The notes beneath the pieces are model-generated. The model was not told the DNA's origin and ran no database searches. It saw only the letters and a list, made by a program, of their open reading frames with translations. This document shows, piece after piece, positions 38,347-48,538 of a stretch of DNA of 64,000 nt. The stretch's first letter is position 1; every line of letters begins with the position of its first letter. Both the position numbers and the translations under genes were made by a program. Source of the stretch: Alphaproteobacteria bacterium (GTDB taxonomy: Bacteria > Pseudomonadota > Alphaproteobacteria > RF32 > CAG-239); assembly GCA_016288295.1 (NCBI GenBank), contig JAEEYV010000052.1, forward strand, positions 8,626 to 72,625, written 5' to 3'.

Positions 38347-39447
38347 ATGAAAAAGCTGATTTTGAGTTTATGTGTAATTCTGACATTAACAGCCTGCAAA
38401 GATGAAAAAAAGAACGTTGCCCAAGCAGACACAAGACCTGTGGTCAAGCTTGGTGCAATTTTACCGCTAACTGGTTCTCAAGCTCCTATGGGAGAAGCCG
38501 CAAAAGCAGGTATGCAAAAAGCATTGAAAGAGAACACTAATCCAAATCAGCACTATGATTATCAGCTTGTTTTTGAAGATAACCAAGCAAAACTGCCATC
38601 CATGCCGACAATCGCCAATAAAATGGTTATGCAGGATAATATTGATGTTTTAGGAACTATAACGACCGCTATGGCAAGGGTTATTGCGCCGATTTCCGAC
38701 CAAAAAGAAAAAGTGTTATATGCTTTTTCTATCGAGCAAGAAAAATATCAACGTTTTGGTAAATATGCTTTTACTCAAGGTACATCTATTGAAGCACTTA
38801 GCGACAAATTTGTGGAATCATTTGCCAAGAACAATCAAGATAATATCTCGATTTTTGTTGAAAATATAGGTGTACTTGGTCCTCTAACTTCCTATTTGAA
38901 AACAAAATTAAATGAAAAAGGTATTAACCATAAAATCAATGAATTTAACCCGGGTGAAACTGATTTTCGTATTGCCATTGAAAAAACAAAAGCTGACGGA
39001 TACACAAATTTTGGTGTTTTTGCTTTTCCACCTGAAAGAAATATCATTATGAAACAGCTCTTGGAAGCAGGCATTTCATATAATAATTTCTATTCCTTTA
39101 GTTTAGATATGGATTATGTCGCAGAAAATTATGATGGAATAAAAACTATTACTTATAACTGCGGAACAGAAGATTTTGTAGAAAGTATTCAAAAAGAATA
39201 TAATATTGACAGTACCTACGGTTCAGCGGAATTTTATGATTTTGTTAGCATGATGATTGAAGCTTATGAAGCTCTTTATAAAGAGGGACAGAAACCAACG
39301 GCTGAAGAAATTGTTTCATATATTCATAATAAAAAAGAGTTTCCTTGTATGAGCGGTCAATGTGTTGTTCATTCCAATGGCTTTATAATTAATGATCCGA
39401 TTCTCAGAATTTATACAAATAATAAATGGAAAACTATTGAAGAATAA
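38347..39447 (+). CDS. Liv-type substrate-binding lipoprotein, paralog 3
   Basis: LTAC lipobox, followed by RPVVKLGAILPLTGSQAPMG. Confidence 0.85.
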   Translation: MKKLILSLCVILTLTACKDEKKNVAQADTRPVVKLGAILPLTGSQAPMGEAAKAGMQKALKENTNPNQHYDYQLVFEDNQAKLPSMPTIANKMVMQDNIDVLGTITTAMARVIAPISDQKEKVLYAFSIEQEKYQRFGKYAFTQGTSIEALSDKFVESFAKNNQDNISIFVENIGVLGPLTSYLKTKLNEKGINHKINEFNPGETDFRIAIEKTKADGYTNFGVFAFPPERNIIMKQLLEAGISYNNFYSFSLDMDYVAENYDGIKTITYNCGTEDFVESIQKEYNIDSTYGSAEFYDFVSMMIEAYEALYKEGQKPTAEEIVSYIHNKKEFPCMSGQCVVHSNGFIINDPILRIYTNNKWKTIEE

Positions 39448-39477
39448 AATTAAATGTTCAATAAAGGAAAATAAAAT

Positions 39478-40200
39478 ATGTATGACAGCGAATTTTGGGA
39501 TGATGTTTATAAAAAAGGATTTATTCCATGGTCAGATGAGAATAAGGATAACTTTTTTGTTAAAAAAATCATACAGGATGTAGAGCCGGAACGATCTGCC
39601 GAAATTTTAGATTATGGTTGTGGTGAAGGAATACTCGGAAAATATTTTTTAGAACGTGGTTTTAAGGTAGATTTTGCTGAAATATCAAAAATCCAAGTTA
39701 ATGCGTTAAGAAAAAAATTTGGTAATCGAAGTACAGTGTATGCCGTTAATGAGCCACAAGACATTGAACACAAATATGATCTCATTATATGCAGCTCTGT
39801 GATGCATCACATTGAACCGCAAAGATGGGGAAGTTTTCTAAAACAATTTAGGGAATTACTCAAAAAAGGCGGTGTTCTATGGGTATCCGGTCTTGATGAA
39901 AATGATAAAATATTTGAACAATATCATGGTATTGCTCCGGCGACAGGGCACAAATGTTGGACTATTAATGATTTGGGAAGAATTGCTGAAAAGAACGGTT
40001 TTGAAATTTCAGCAAGCTATGTTCAAGATATTAAAATTGATGCTTTTGAAACCCCTCGAATGACGCGTGTTTTTTGCTTAAAACCTAAAACTAAGCAATT
40101 AAAGGATAAAAGTAGGCCTGCGAGTGAGGGAAATAATGACGATTTATCTTCACAAATTACAACACAAAGTATCTTAGATAAAAAAAGGCTACAAAGATGA
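39478..40200 (+). CDS. class I SAM-dependent methyltransferase embedded in the liv operon
   Basis: ILDYGCGEGILGKYFLERGFKVDFAEIS. The N-terminal FWDDVYKKGFIPW is TPMT/TehB-like, judged by eye. Confidence 0.7.
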   Translation: MYDSEFWDDVYKKGFIPWSDENKDNFFVKKIIQDVEPERSAEILDYGCGEGILGKYFLERGFKVDFAEISKIQVNALRKKFGNRSTVYAVNEPQDIEHKYDLIICSSVMHHIEPQRWGSFLKQFRELLKKGGVLWVSGLDENDKIFEQYHGIAPATGHKCWTINDLGRIAEKNGFEISASYVQDIKIDAFETPRMTRVFCLKPKTKQLKDKSRPASEGNNDDLSSQITTQSILDKKRLQR

Positions 40201-40245
40201 AACATAATCTATTATTAAAGCAAATATAATATGGAGAACTAATCT

Positions 40246-41112
40246 ATGGAATATTTAATAAATCTGGCAATACTTTTTGGCATATACAGCATGTTGGCAT
40301 TGTCGCTTAATATGCTCATCGGCATGAGCGGGTTGGTATCTTTGGCGCAGGCCGCTTTTTATGGTATCGGTGCTTATGCTACGGCAATCGGCATGACCAC
40401 ATTTGGATTAGGATTTTTTACTACCATTATTTTAGGTATTGTCGTCAATGCAATATTGGCCTTTGTAGTCGGTAAGATTTTAGCTCGTTTCCAAGGAGAT
40501 TATTATGCCATTGTTTCCGCCGGATTATCAATTATCGTATTTTCAATCCTGCAAAACTGGAAAACTGTTACACACGGCCCGCTGGGCATTTTTGGAATTG
40601 GTAAACCTGCAATTGGCTCATATACTTTTTATTCCAATACTGCGTTTTTAGGTTTGGTTGTAATATTCACAATTGTTTTATACGCATTGTATCAGTGGAT
40701 AAACCATTCTTCTTTCGGCCGAGTTTTAAAAGCTCTGCGCGAAGATGAAAAATTGGCGCAATCTATGGGATACAAAACTAAACACTTTAAGAGTGTGATT
40801 TTTGTATTGTCGGCCTCCTTATCAGGTATCGCCGGTGCATTTTTTGCTAGTTATATTGCTTTTATTGATCCCTCAAGTTTCCAACTTAAAGAAGGTATTT
40901 TCTTATTCACTATTATTATTGTCGGGGGACTATCTTCGGCAAGAGGAAGTGTGGTCGGAGCATTGATCCTGATCTCCTTGCCGGAAGTATTACGTTTTAT
41001 TGGGTTGCCATATGAAACAGCTGCCCAACTTCAGCAAATGATATACGGCGCAATGCTGTTGTTGATGATGATTTTCAAACCGCAAGGTTTGTTTGGTAAA
41101 TATCGGATGTAA
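40246..41112 (+). CDS. livM: branched-chain amino acid-type ABC transporter permease
   Basis: 288 aa with a LivM-like segment SMLALSLNMLIGMSGLVSLAQAAFYGIGAY. Confidence 0.85.
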   Translation: MEYLINLAILFGIYSMLALSLNMLIGMSGLVSLAQAAFYGIGAYATAIGMTTFGLGFFTTIILGIVVNAILAFVVGKILARFQGDYYAIVSAGLSIIVFSILQNWKTVTHGPLGIFGIGKPAIGSYTFYSNTAFLGLVVIFTIVLYALYQWINHSSFGRVLKALREDEKLAQSMGYKTKHFKSVIFVLSASLSGIAGAFFASYIAFIDPSSFQLKEGIFLFTIIIVGGLSSARGSVVGALILISLPEVLRFIGLPYETAAQLQQMIYGAMLLLMMIFKPQGLFGKYRM

Positions 41113-41114
41113 CT

Positions 41115-41933
41115 ATGATGAAAAAGATTAAAGACATACTAAATTTTAGAAAACAGCAAACTGTGCCGGTGTGTGATATCAATCCGCCGTCGGCCTACGG
41201 TTCGAACATAATCACCATTAAAGACCTTACCAAGCAATTTATGGGGATTAGAGCGATTGACGACCTTTCGGTCAACATTCCTCAAGCGATGACCATCGGT
41301 CTTATTGGTTCCAACGGTTCCGGAAAAACGACACTTGTTAACATCTTAACCGGAATGTTACGTCCCGACGCCGGAGAGATAACTGTTCGCGACAAAAAAC
41401 GTTCGCATATTAAAGCCAACGAACTCCGCAAATATCGTATTGCTCGCACTTTTCAAGATGGTCGCTTGATTGAACAAATATCTGTCGTTGATAACTTATT
41501 ATTATCTGTAGCAGAAAATGATTTAGTCGACAGCCTCAAAGAGGTTTCTATCAAAGACTATCAGGATCGTCTAGAAAAAGTACTGGAAATGACATCTTTA
41601 ACCGAACATCGTCATAAGAATGCCGAAGAACTGTCTTATGGTCTGCGAAAACTTTTGGAAATTGGCCGTGTGTTGATGCAAGATGCAGATATATACTTTT
41701 TCGATGAACCATTTTCCGGCTTGTTCCCAGAAATTGTTGAGCAAGTCTGTGAAATCATTTGCGGACTGCAGAAACAAGGCAAAACAATAGTGATTATTGA
41801 ACATAATATGGGGTTAATCCGCCGGTTGTGCAATTATACAATAGTGCTTAATCACGGTAAATTATTAGCAGAGGGAAATCCTGAAGAAGTTCTGCAAAGC
41901 AAAGCTGTTCGAGAGTCTTATTTAGGAGTTTAA
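41115..41933 (+). CDS. livG: ABC transporter ATP-binding protein
   Basis: Walker A GSNGSGKTT, signature LSYGLRK, Walker B IYFFDEP. Confidence 0.85.
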   Translation: MMKKIKDILNFRKQQTVPVCDINPPSAYGSNIITIKDLTKQFMGIRAIDDLSVNIPQAMTIGLIGSNGSGKTTLVNILTGMLRPDAGEITVRDKKRSHIKANELRKYRIARTFQDGRLIEQISVVDNLLLSVAENDLVDSLKEVSIKDYQDRLEKVLEMTSLTEHRHKNAEELSYGLRKLLEIGRVLMQDADIYFFDEPFSGLFPEIVEQVCEIICGLQKQGKTIVIIEHNMGLIRRLCNYTIVLNHGKLLAEGNPEEVLQSKAVRESYLGV

Positions 41934-41948
41934 ACGAAAGGAAAAACA

Positions 41949-43037
41949 ATGAGAAAATGGTTGTTGGTTTTATGTGCTGTTTTAGCACTCACGGCTTGCG
42001 ATAACAAAAAGGAAGCAACGGAAGCTGATAATAAACCTGTTGTTAAGATTGGTGTAATGTTGCCGTTGAGTGGCGAAATGGCAGAGTTTGGTCAAAACAG
42101 TCTTTATGCGGTTGAGTTTGCTGCAGAAGACCACAAAGATTCTCCCATAAAGTTTGATATTATTTTTGAAGATGATACATTTACTCCCTCAAGAGCTGCG
42201 GTGATAGCAAATAAATTCATCAGTGTTGATAAAGTTGATGCCATTGTCACCAGTTTTTCGCCGGTTGGTTCAGCGGTGTCGCCGATTGCAGATAAAGCCA
42301 AAGTATTACACATTGGCTTATCTAATGCGGCTAATATTGCCGAAGGAGAGTTGAATTTTACTGATTGGCAAGAATTAGATATTGCTGCTAAAAAATTGGT
42401 AGATTATTTGGTGTCGCAAAATTGCAAAAAAGTAGTGTCTTTCAATATGGAAACAGTAGGCAACGAAGAAATGCGCGTAAAAACCAACCAGTTTTTGGAT
42501 GAACGTGGCATAGAGTATAAAGAATTTTACTTCAACCCAGATAATAGTGATTTTGCACTTATGATTCAAAAAGCTCTGGATTTTGATGCGGATTATTGGA
42601 TTTTAAACAGCTTTTCTCCAGGACAGGATATTTTGCGCAAAAAAATGATTGAACAAAAAATCGATATTCCTGTAGTTAATATCCAGTGTATGAAGTTATC
42701 GAAAAATCTGCAATTGTTTGAAAATCAAGCTTTTGTTGATGCACCAGACGGCAGTAAAGAGTTTAGAGAGCGTATGGCAAAAAAGACTACATCAAAAGTT
42801 TTGAATATACCTGCATATGCTTATGATATAGTAGATCTTATCATGAAAGCCAACGAAGATTTTTATGTCAAGAATGGCAGAGTTCCTAATGATTATGAAC
42901 TGGCCGATACATTAAAGAAAACAAAATTTTATGATGGTATCGTTGGAAAGTTGGAGATTCAGGATAATGGAGTCATAAAATCGCCGTCAGTTATAAAAAA
43001 GATTATTGATGGTAATGCTGTAATAATTGATGATTAA
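41949..43037 (+). CDS. Liv-type substrate-binding lipoprotein, paralog 4
   Basis: LTAC|D lipobox, followed by KPVVKIGVMLPLSGEMAEFG. Confidence 0.85.
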   Translation: MRKWLLVLCAVLALTACDNKKEATEADNKPVVKIGVMLPLSGEMAEFGQNSLYAVEFAAEDHKDSPIKFDIIFEDDTFTPSRAAVIANKFISVDKVDAIVTSFSPVGSAVSPIADKAKVLHIGLSNAANIAEGELNFTDWQELDIAAKKLVDYLVSQNCKKVVSFNMETVGNEEMRVKTNQFLDERGIEYKEFYFNPDNSDFALMIQKALDFDADYWILNSFSPGQDILRKKMIEQKIDIPVVNIQCMKLSKNLQLFENQAFVDAPDGSKEFRERMAKKTTSKVLNIPAYAYDIVDLIMKANEDFYVKNGRVPNDYELADTLKKTKFYDGIVGKLEIQDNGVIKSPSVIKKIIDGNAVIIDD

Positions 43038-43061
43038 TCTAGATAATAGGGGGATTAAGTA

Positions 43062-44153
43062 ATGAAAAAACTGTTTTTGGAATTATGCATAATCTTAGCA
43101 CTCATTGCCTGTAAAGATGAGAAGAAAGAAGTTGCGCAGGCAACAACCAAGCCTGTTGTTAAAATCGGGGTCTTGTACCCTTTGTCTGGCGACGGTGCAA
43201 GCCTGGGTGAGGCTGGCAAAGCTACTGCAAACATGTTTTTTGAAGAATTTAATCGCCAACCCCATAAGTTTGATTATGAAGTTATTTTTGAAGATAATCA
43301 AAACGAGCTGTCCAAGCAGGCAATATTAGCGCGAAAGTTGATTGATGCAAATAAGGCAGACGTATTAATTACAGCCATGTCTAATTTTGGTGCTGTTGTT
43401 TCTCCATTGGCTGAACAGCATAAAGTTATGCATGTTTCAGTAGCTACTGATCCGACAGTAGCAAACGGAAAATATAATATTATTACATCTTCTGATCCGG
43501 CAGGAGAGGCCGAATTATTGTATACACAATTGAAAAAACGTGGCGCAGAAAATATTGATATTATTGTTATGAACGCTACTGGCTCCCAAACAATGCTTGA
43601 TTATTTTCAAACAAAAGTCAAAAATGGGCAAGATCTAAAAATCGGACAGATATACCATGTTAATCCCGATGAAAAAGATTTTCGCACAATGCTAATCAAA
43701 ATAAAGGAAAATAATCCTGATTACATTGTTGCTTTTCTATTTATGCCGGTAATTGATGTGTTTATGAAACAATATCAAGAGTCTGGTATTAATATTCCCG
43801 TAACCGGTATCGAAACTTTTACTTATCTGCAAAATCGAGAATGGGCTGAAGGTGTATGGTATGTAGACGCCGCATCAGCAACAGATGATTTTATAACTAA
43901 ATACCGAGCTAAAACTGGAAAAACATCAACGGATTATGCTGAATATATGGATTTTGCTCTGCAAATGATAACTTTCGGTTATGAAGGAGCCGGCACAACC
44001 GACAAAGAAAAAGTGATAAATTACATCCAGGACAATAGTGCTGGACAGATAACCGCCGTTGGTCAAATAACCACCGAACCAGACGGCATCTTAAACGGTC
44101 AACCGGTTATTAAAAAAATTATCAATGGCGAACCAGTTATTGTCAAGGAGTAA
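43062..44153 (+). CDS. Liv-type substrate-binding lipoprotein, paralog 5
   Basis: LIAC lipobox, followed by KPVVKIGVLYPLSGDGASLG. Confidence 0.85.
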   Translation: MKKLFLELCIILALIACKDEKKEVAQATTKPVVKIGVLYPLSGDGASLGEAGKATANMFFEEFNRQPHKFDYEVIFEDNQNELSKQAILARKLIDANKADVLITAMSNFGAVVSPLAEQHKVMHVSVATDPTVANGKYNIITSSDPAGEAELLYTQLKKRGAENIDIIVMNATGSQTMLDYFQTKVKNGQDLKIGQIYHVNPDEKDFRTMLIKIKENNPDYIVAFLFMPVIDVFMKQYQESGINIPVTGIETFTYLQNREWAEGVWYVDAASATDDFITKYRAKTGKTSTDYAEYMDFALQMITFGYEGAGTTDKEKVINYIQDNSAGQITAVGQITTEPDGILNGQPVIKKIINGEPVIVKE

Positions 44154-44157
44154 AAAC

Positions 44158-45243
44158 ATGAAAAAGCTGATTTTGGGTTTATGTATGATCCTAGCGTTGA
44201 ACGCCTGCAAAGACGAAAACAAACAAATGGCACAAGCAAATACGAAGCCTGTCGTTAAAATCGGAGCCATTTTACCTTTGAGTGGAGATTTAGCTGTTTG
44301 GGGAAACAGTGAAAAACAAGGTCTTATTTTGGCACAAGAAAATCTGCCAACCACTCTTAAAAACAAATATGAGCTTGTTATTGAAGATTCTTCAAATGCC
44401 AATAAAAATATTCAACATCTTACGCAAAAAATGATAAGCGTTGATAAAGTAGATGCCATTATCACAATGTTTGACCCTGCCGCTAATATTGTTGGCCCAA
44501 TGGCAACGACTAACAAAATCATACATTTTGGGCAATCTTGGTTTCCTCAATATGTGACTGATGAATATAATTATAATGTATATGCGGACATGAAACAAGA
44601 GGCCCACTTAATTGCTGATTATCTTGCACATAAGGGGATTAAAAAAGTTTATTTGTTTACGGTTAATCAAACAGGGTTTATTGGTGGAACCGATATTTTG
44701 AAACAACTGCTTGAAGAACAAAAAATAGAATATCGAGAATCAAACTTTAATTTCGGGCAAACTGATTTTAGAACAGATATCGTTAAAGCCGGGTCTTTTA
44801 ATGCGCAAGCCTATATAATAGGAGCTTTCGCGCCGGAAGCAGATATTTTAACAAAACAACTAAAACAAATTAATGGTGAAGATATCATCATTACAGGACT
44901 GGACCTAGGACTTAATATTGCTAACAAAAGTCTTTATGAGGGGAGTGTTTTTGGATCTCCCGCCATTCCTGGAAACTCTTTTTTGAGCGGTTATAAAACA
45001 AAATATAATGATGAAAACTATCTGTTTGGGGCAACAGTCGGTTATATTTCATTTAATGCAATTGTTCACGCCTTTGAAAACAGTCAGACAAAGGATAAAC
45101 AATCCGTCGCAAAATTTTTGAGTACGGATAATAATATTCCGACGATTTATGATGAAAAAATTATTAAAGATAAAGGATTGATTTATATTCCATCAGAGTT
45201 GTTGACAATTGTTAATGACAAACTCGTTACTTTTGAGGAGTAA
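44158..45243 (+). CDS. Liv-type substrate-binding lipoprotein, paralog 6
   Basis: Start at ATG 44158 (MKKLILGLCMILALNAC), 4 nt after the preceding stop. Confidence 0.85.
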   Translation: MKKLILGLCMILALNACKDENKQMAQANTKPVVKIGAILPLSGDLAVWGNSEKQGLILAQENLPTTLKNKYELVIEDSSNANKNIQHLTQKMISVDKVDAIITMFDPAANIVGPMATTNKIIHFGQSWFPQYVTDEYNYNVYADMKQEAHLIADYLAHKGIKKVYLFTVNQTGFIGGTDILKQLLEEQKIEYRESNFNFGQTDFRTDIVKAGSFNAQAYIIGAFAPEADILTKQLKQINGEDIIITGLDLGLNIANKSLYEGSVFGSPAIPGNSFLSGYKTKYNDENYLFGATVGYISFNAIVHAFENSQTKDKQSVAKFLSTDNNIPTIYDEKIIKDKGLIYIPSELLTIVNDKLVTFEE

Positions 45244-45247
45244 AAAT

Positions 45248-46321
45248 ATGAAAAAACTACTTTTAAGTCTTTGTATAATTTTGGCTCTCTCCGCCTGTGA
45301 CAACAAAAAAGACGTAAAACATGCGACGCCCAAACCTGTGATTAAAATTGGTTTAATTGCGCCGATGTCCGGAGAATACGCCCATTTTGGAGCATCAATG
45401 AAAATTGCCGTTAAAATGTTCGAAGAAGACAAGCAAACAAAAGATTCTGCATATCAATATAAATTTTTTATTGAGGATAACGCCTTTAGTACATCGAGAA
45501 GTGCAGTCATCGCAAAAAAGCTTATAGATATAGACAAAGTCGATGTAATTGTAACTCTTAGCTCCGATATAGGTTCCGTTGTCTCTCCGATTACTCAAGA
45601 TAACCACATAATTCATTTGTCAATGGCAACAGAGCCAACCGTTGCCAAAGGAGAATATAATTTTACTGCCAGCACTCCTCCAAATAAAAACACCGGAAAA
45701 ATGGTTGAAGAATTAAAAAAATTAAATCTTGATCGAATAGCCTTTGTTATTCAAAATACTGCCATGATGCAATCGGTTGCCGAATATATCCGCAAGGCCG
45801 GGCGTAATGGTGATATTAATATTATATCGGATAACGCCATCAACAGTGGGGAAAGAGATTTCAGAATACTGATTTATAAGATATTGGAAGATAAGCCGAA
45901 TGCCATGATTGTGCAATTACAACCACCTGAATTGCAAATTTTTGTAAAACAATTGCGCGAGATCAATAAAGATATTTTGATCACAAGTGTTGAGTCATTC
46001 GGTTATCCGGAAGATAAAACCTTGTTCGAAGGTACGTGGTTTTCCGGCGCTGTCGTGCCTACAAAGCCTTATTTGAATAAGTACAAACAAATCACCGGTT
46101 CCGATGCAACCAATTATTCTGAAATATTCTATGCTGCCTTCGAGGTTATAAGGGCTGCCTATACCTCAAATGATAAATTAGAAGTTATAAATAATATTAC
46201 CAATCTTAAAATGAACAGCTTTTCAATTGGTAATATATCGTTTAATCAAGAAGGTATGATGCAGACCGATGCTTACTTATACACCATCAAAAATGGTCAA
46301 ATTGAAGCGATTGAAGAATAA
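45248..46321 (+). CDS. Liv-type substrate-binding lipoprotein, paralog 7
   Basis: Start at ATG 45248 (MKKLLLSLCIILALSAC|D). Confidence 0.85.
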   Translation: MKKLLLSLCIILALSACDNKKDVKHATPKPVIKIGLIAPMSGEYAHFGASMKIAVKMFEEDKQTKDSAYQYKFFIEDNAFSTSRSAVIAKKLIDIDKVDVIVTLSSDIGSVVSPITQDNHIIHLSMATEPTVAKGEYNFTASTPPNKNTGKMVEELKKLNLDRIAFVIQNTAMMQSVAEYIRKAGRNGDINIISDNAINSGERDFRILIYKILEDKPNAMIVQLQPPELQIFVKQLREINKDILITSVESFGYPEDKTLFEGTWFSGAVVPTKPYLNKYKQITGSDATNYSEIFYAAFEVIRAAYTSNDKLEVINNITNLKMNSFSIGNISFNQEGMMQTDAYLYTIKNGQIEAIEE

Positions 46322-46341
46322 AACAAAAAGGGAGTAATAAT

Positions 46342-47433
46342 ATGAAAAAACTACTTTTAAGTTTATGCATGATTTTAGCACTAACGGCCTGTAAGGATGA
46401 AAACCAACAAACCGCACAAGCAACCACGAAGTCTGTTGTTAAAATTGGTGCATCTTTTCCATTAACCGGAAATATGGCTTCGATTGGTAATGCTGCACAT
46501 AAGGCCTTAACAGCAGCTATCAACGACGCTAATTCAAATCCTGATAATAAGTATCATTATGAATTGACGATTGAAAATGACCAGATGGATCCTAAAGCAA
46601 TTAACAATATAGCAAATAAATTTCTGTTTTCTGATAAAGTTAACGTGATTGTTTCATATTTTTCAGTTGCAAATCGTATTGTAGCCCCTCTGGCAGCTAA
46701 ACATAAGATTATTAACTTTATGTTTGGTTTTGGTGACGATTCGCTACTGAGTATATATAATTTTCAAAATTTCTTAACAGTTGAAGCTGAAAATGCCGCA
46801 GTTATTGACTTTCTAAAATCAAAGAATGTATCAAATGTTGATTTAATATACCAAAATATTGGTGCAGCAGATGAGTTTTTAAAACCGCTTTTACCACTAT
46901 TAGATGCTGAAAATATTGCATATACCATACATCGCTTTAATAAAGAGGAGCGAGATTTTTCCACTTTGATTTTCAAAATCAAGAATTCCCCATCTCAAGC
47001 AGTCTTTATCTATGCTTTTGAACCGGAAGCTGATATTTTAACCAAAGAACTTAAACAGCAGAAGGTTGATAAAATAGTTGCTTATAATGATGGTTTACCG
47101 ATGACTACTAATTATGCATTATATGAAGGATATTATAATGTTGGTTCAATTTTAACTCCTGCCATATATCAAAAGGCTTGGGGATTAGAAGGACAAAATG
47201 CCGCGTATGCTACATATTTATATGATTCCGGAAAAATTATAGTTGATGCCTTTGAAAATGCACCAACAGCAAATAAAATTCCTACATCTGATGAAGTCGC
47301 TGAGTACCTGTTAAGCAGAACGAAATACCAAGGTATTACCGGAAAATATACGTTAGACAGCAAAGGGCAGTTCCACTCAAAGGGACAAACAAGTATTGTC
47401 AAAAACGAACAAATGGTAGTTTATGAGGAGTAA
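46342..47433 (+). CDS. Liv-type substrate-binding lipoprotein, paralog 8
   Basis: LTAC lipobox, followed by KSVVKIGASFPLTGNMASIG. Confidence 0.85.
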   Translation: MKKLLLSLCMILALTACKDENQQTAQATTKSVVKIGASFPLTGNMASIGNAAHKALTAAINDANSNPDNKYHYELTIENDQMDPKAINNIANKFLFSDKVNVIVSYFSVANRIVAPLAAKHKIINFMFGFGDDSLLSIYNFQNFLTVEAENAAVIDFLKSKNVSNVDLIYQNIGAADEFLKPLLPLLDAENIAYTIHRFNKEERDFSTLIFKIKNSPSQAVFIYAFEPEADILTKELKQQKVDKIVAYNDGLPMTTNYALYEGYYNVGSILTPAIYQKAWGLEGQNAAYATYLYDSGKIIVDAFENAPTANKIPTSDEVAEYLLSRTKYQGITGKYTLDSKGQFHSKGQTSIVKNEQMVVYEE

Positions 47434-47436
47434 GAC

Positions 47437-48534
47437 ATGAAAAAACTACTTTTAAGTCTATGCATACTTTTAGCACTAACGGCCTGTAAGGATGAAAACC
47501 AACAAACCGCACAAGCAACCACGAAGCCTGTTGTTAAAATCGGAGCCATGTTACCGATGACCGGTGGTATTGCTCATATTGGGGAAGGTGGCAGAAACGG
47601 AGCTTTGATGGCTATTGAAAAACTTAACTCTTTGCCTGACAATAAATACAAGTACGAGTTTGTTTATGAAGATATAGGCTATTCTCCTGACAAAACATTA
47701 GCAATTTATAACAAACTCACATATATTGATAAGGTAGTAGCTCTTACATCATTTAATACCGCAGCTGGTAAGATTATTAAACCATTAGCCGCAAAAGATA
47801 AAATTATACATATATCTTCCGCCGTAGATAACACAATAAGTGACAATGTTTTTAATTATGTTAATAGTTATTCCATAAAAGAGACTTCAGAACGCCTGGT
47901 TGAATATATGAAAACTCACCAGATGAAAACCATCAGCCTTGTTGCATTTAATCATCTTTCCACAGAATCCGTATTACAAGAATTAGAGCCGATTTTAAAA
48001 TCTAATGGGATAGAGATATTATCAGTAAATCGATTTAACATGGAACAACTTGATTTCAAGATGGAAGCATTGAAAATTAAACAAGAAAATCCTGATATGG
48101 TTTTTATGCATTTGGTTGAGCCCAGCATGACTTTGTTTTCAAAACAATTGCTAGATTACGGTTACACCGGCAAGTTGAGCTCATTTCTGCTGTTTATATA
48201 CAGCAATAATCCCGAACTGTTTAATGGTCAAATTGTTGTTGATTTGAAAGATGCAACTGAAGACTTTAATCAGAGATATCGTGATAAATTTGGGATTGAA
48301 GCTCAGGCCGCCAGCATCAATACTTATGACAATGTAATGATTATAGGTACATTTATTGAAAAATATGGTATACCGCAAAAAGTAGATGCAACAACTATGG
48401 GAACACTTATGAAAAATGTTATCGAAAATTATGAAAGCCCGAGAGGGAAAATGTTATTAGATAACGGACTAATTTATTCAAATACTATTGTTAAAACAAT
48501 TAATTCCGGCAAACCAGTTAACATTGAGGAGTAA
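47437..48534 (+). CDS. Liv-type substrate-binding lipoprotein, paralog 9
   Basis: LTAC lipobox, followed by KPVVKIGAMLPMTGGIAHIG. Confidence 0.85.
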   Translation: MKKLLLSLCILLALTACKDENQQTAQATTKPVVKIGAMLPMTGGIAHIGEGGRNGALMAIEKLNSLPDNKYKYEFVYEDIGYSPDKTLAIYNKLTYIDKVVALTSFNTAAGKIIKPLAAKDKIIHISSAVDNTISDNVFNYVNSYSIKETSERLVEYMKTHQMKTISLVAFNHLSTESVLQELEPILKSNGIEILSVNRFNMEQLDFKMEALKIKQENPDMVFMHLVEPSMTLFSKQLLDYGYTGKLSSFLLFIYSNNPELFNGQIVVDLKDATEDFNQRYRDKFGIEAQAASINTYDNVMIIGTFIEKYGIPQKVDATTMGTLMKNVIENYESPRGKMLLDNGLIYSNTIVKTINSGKPVNIEE

Positions 48535-48538
48535 AAAT

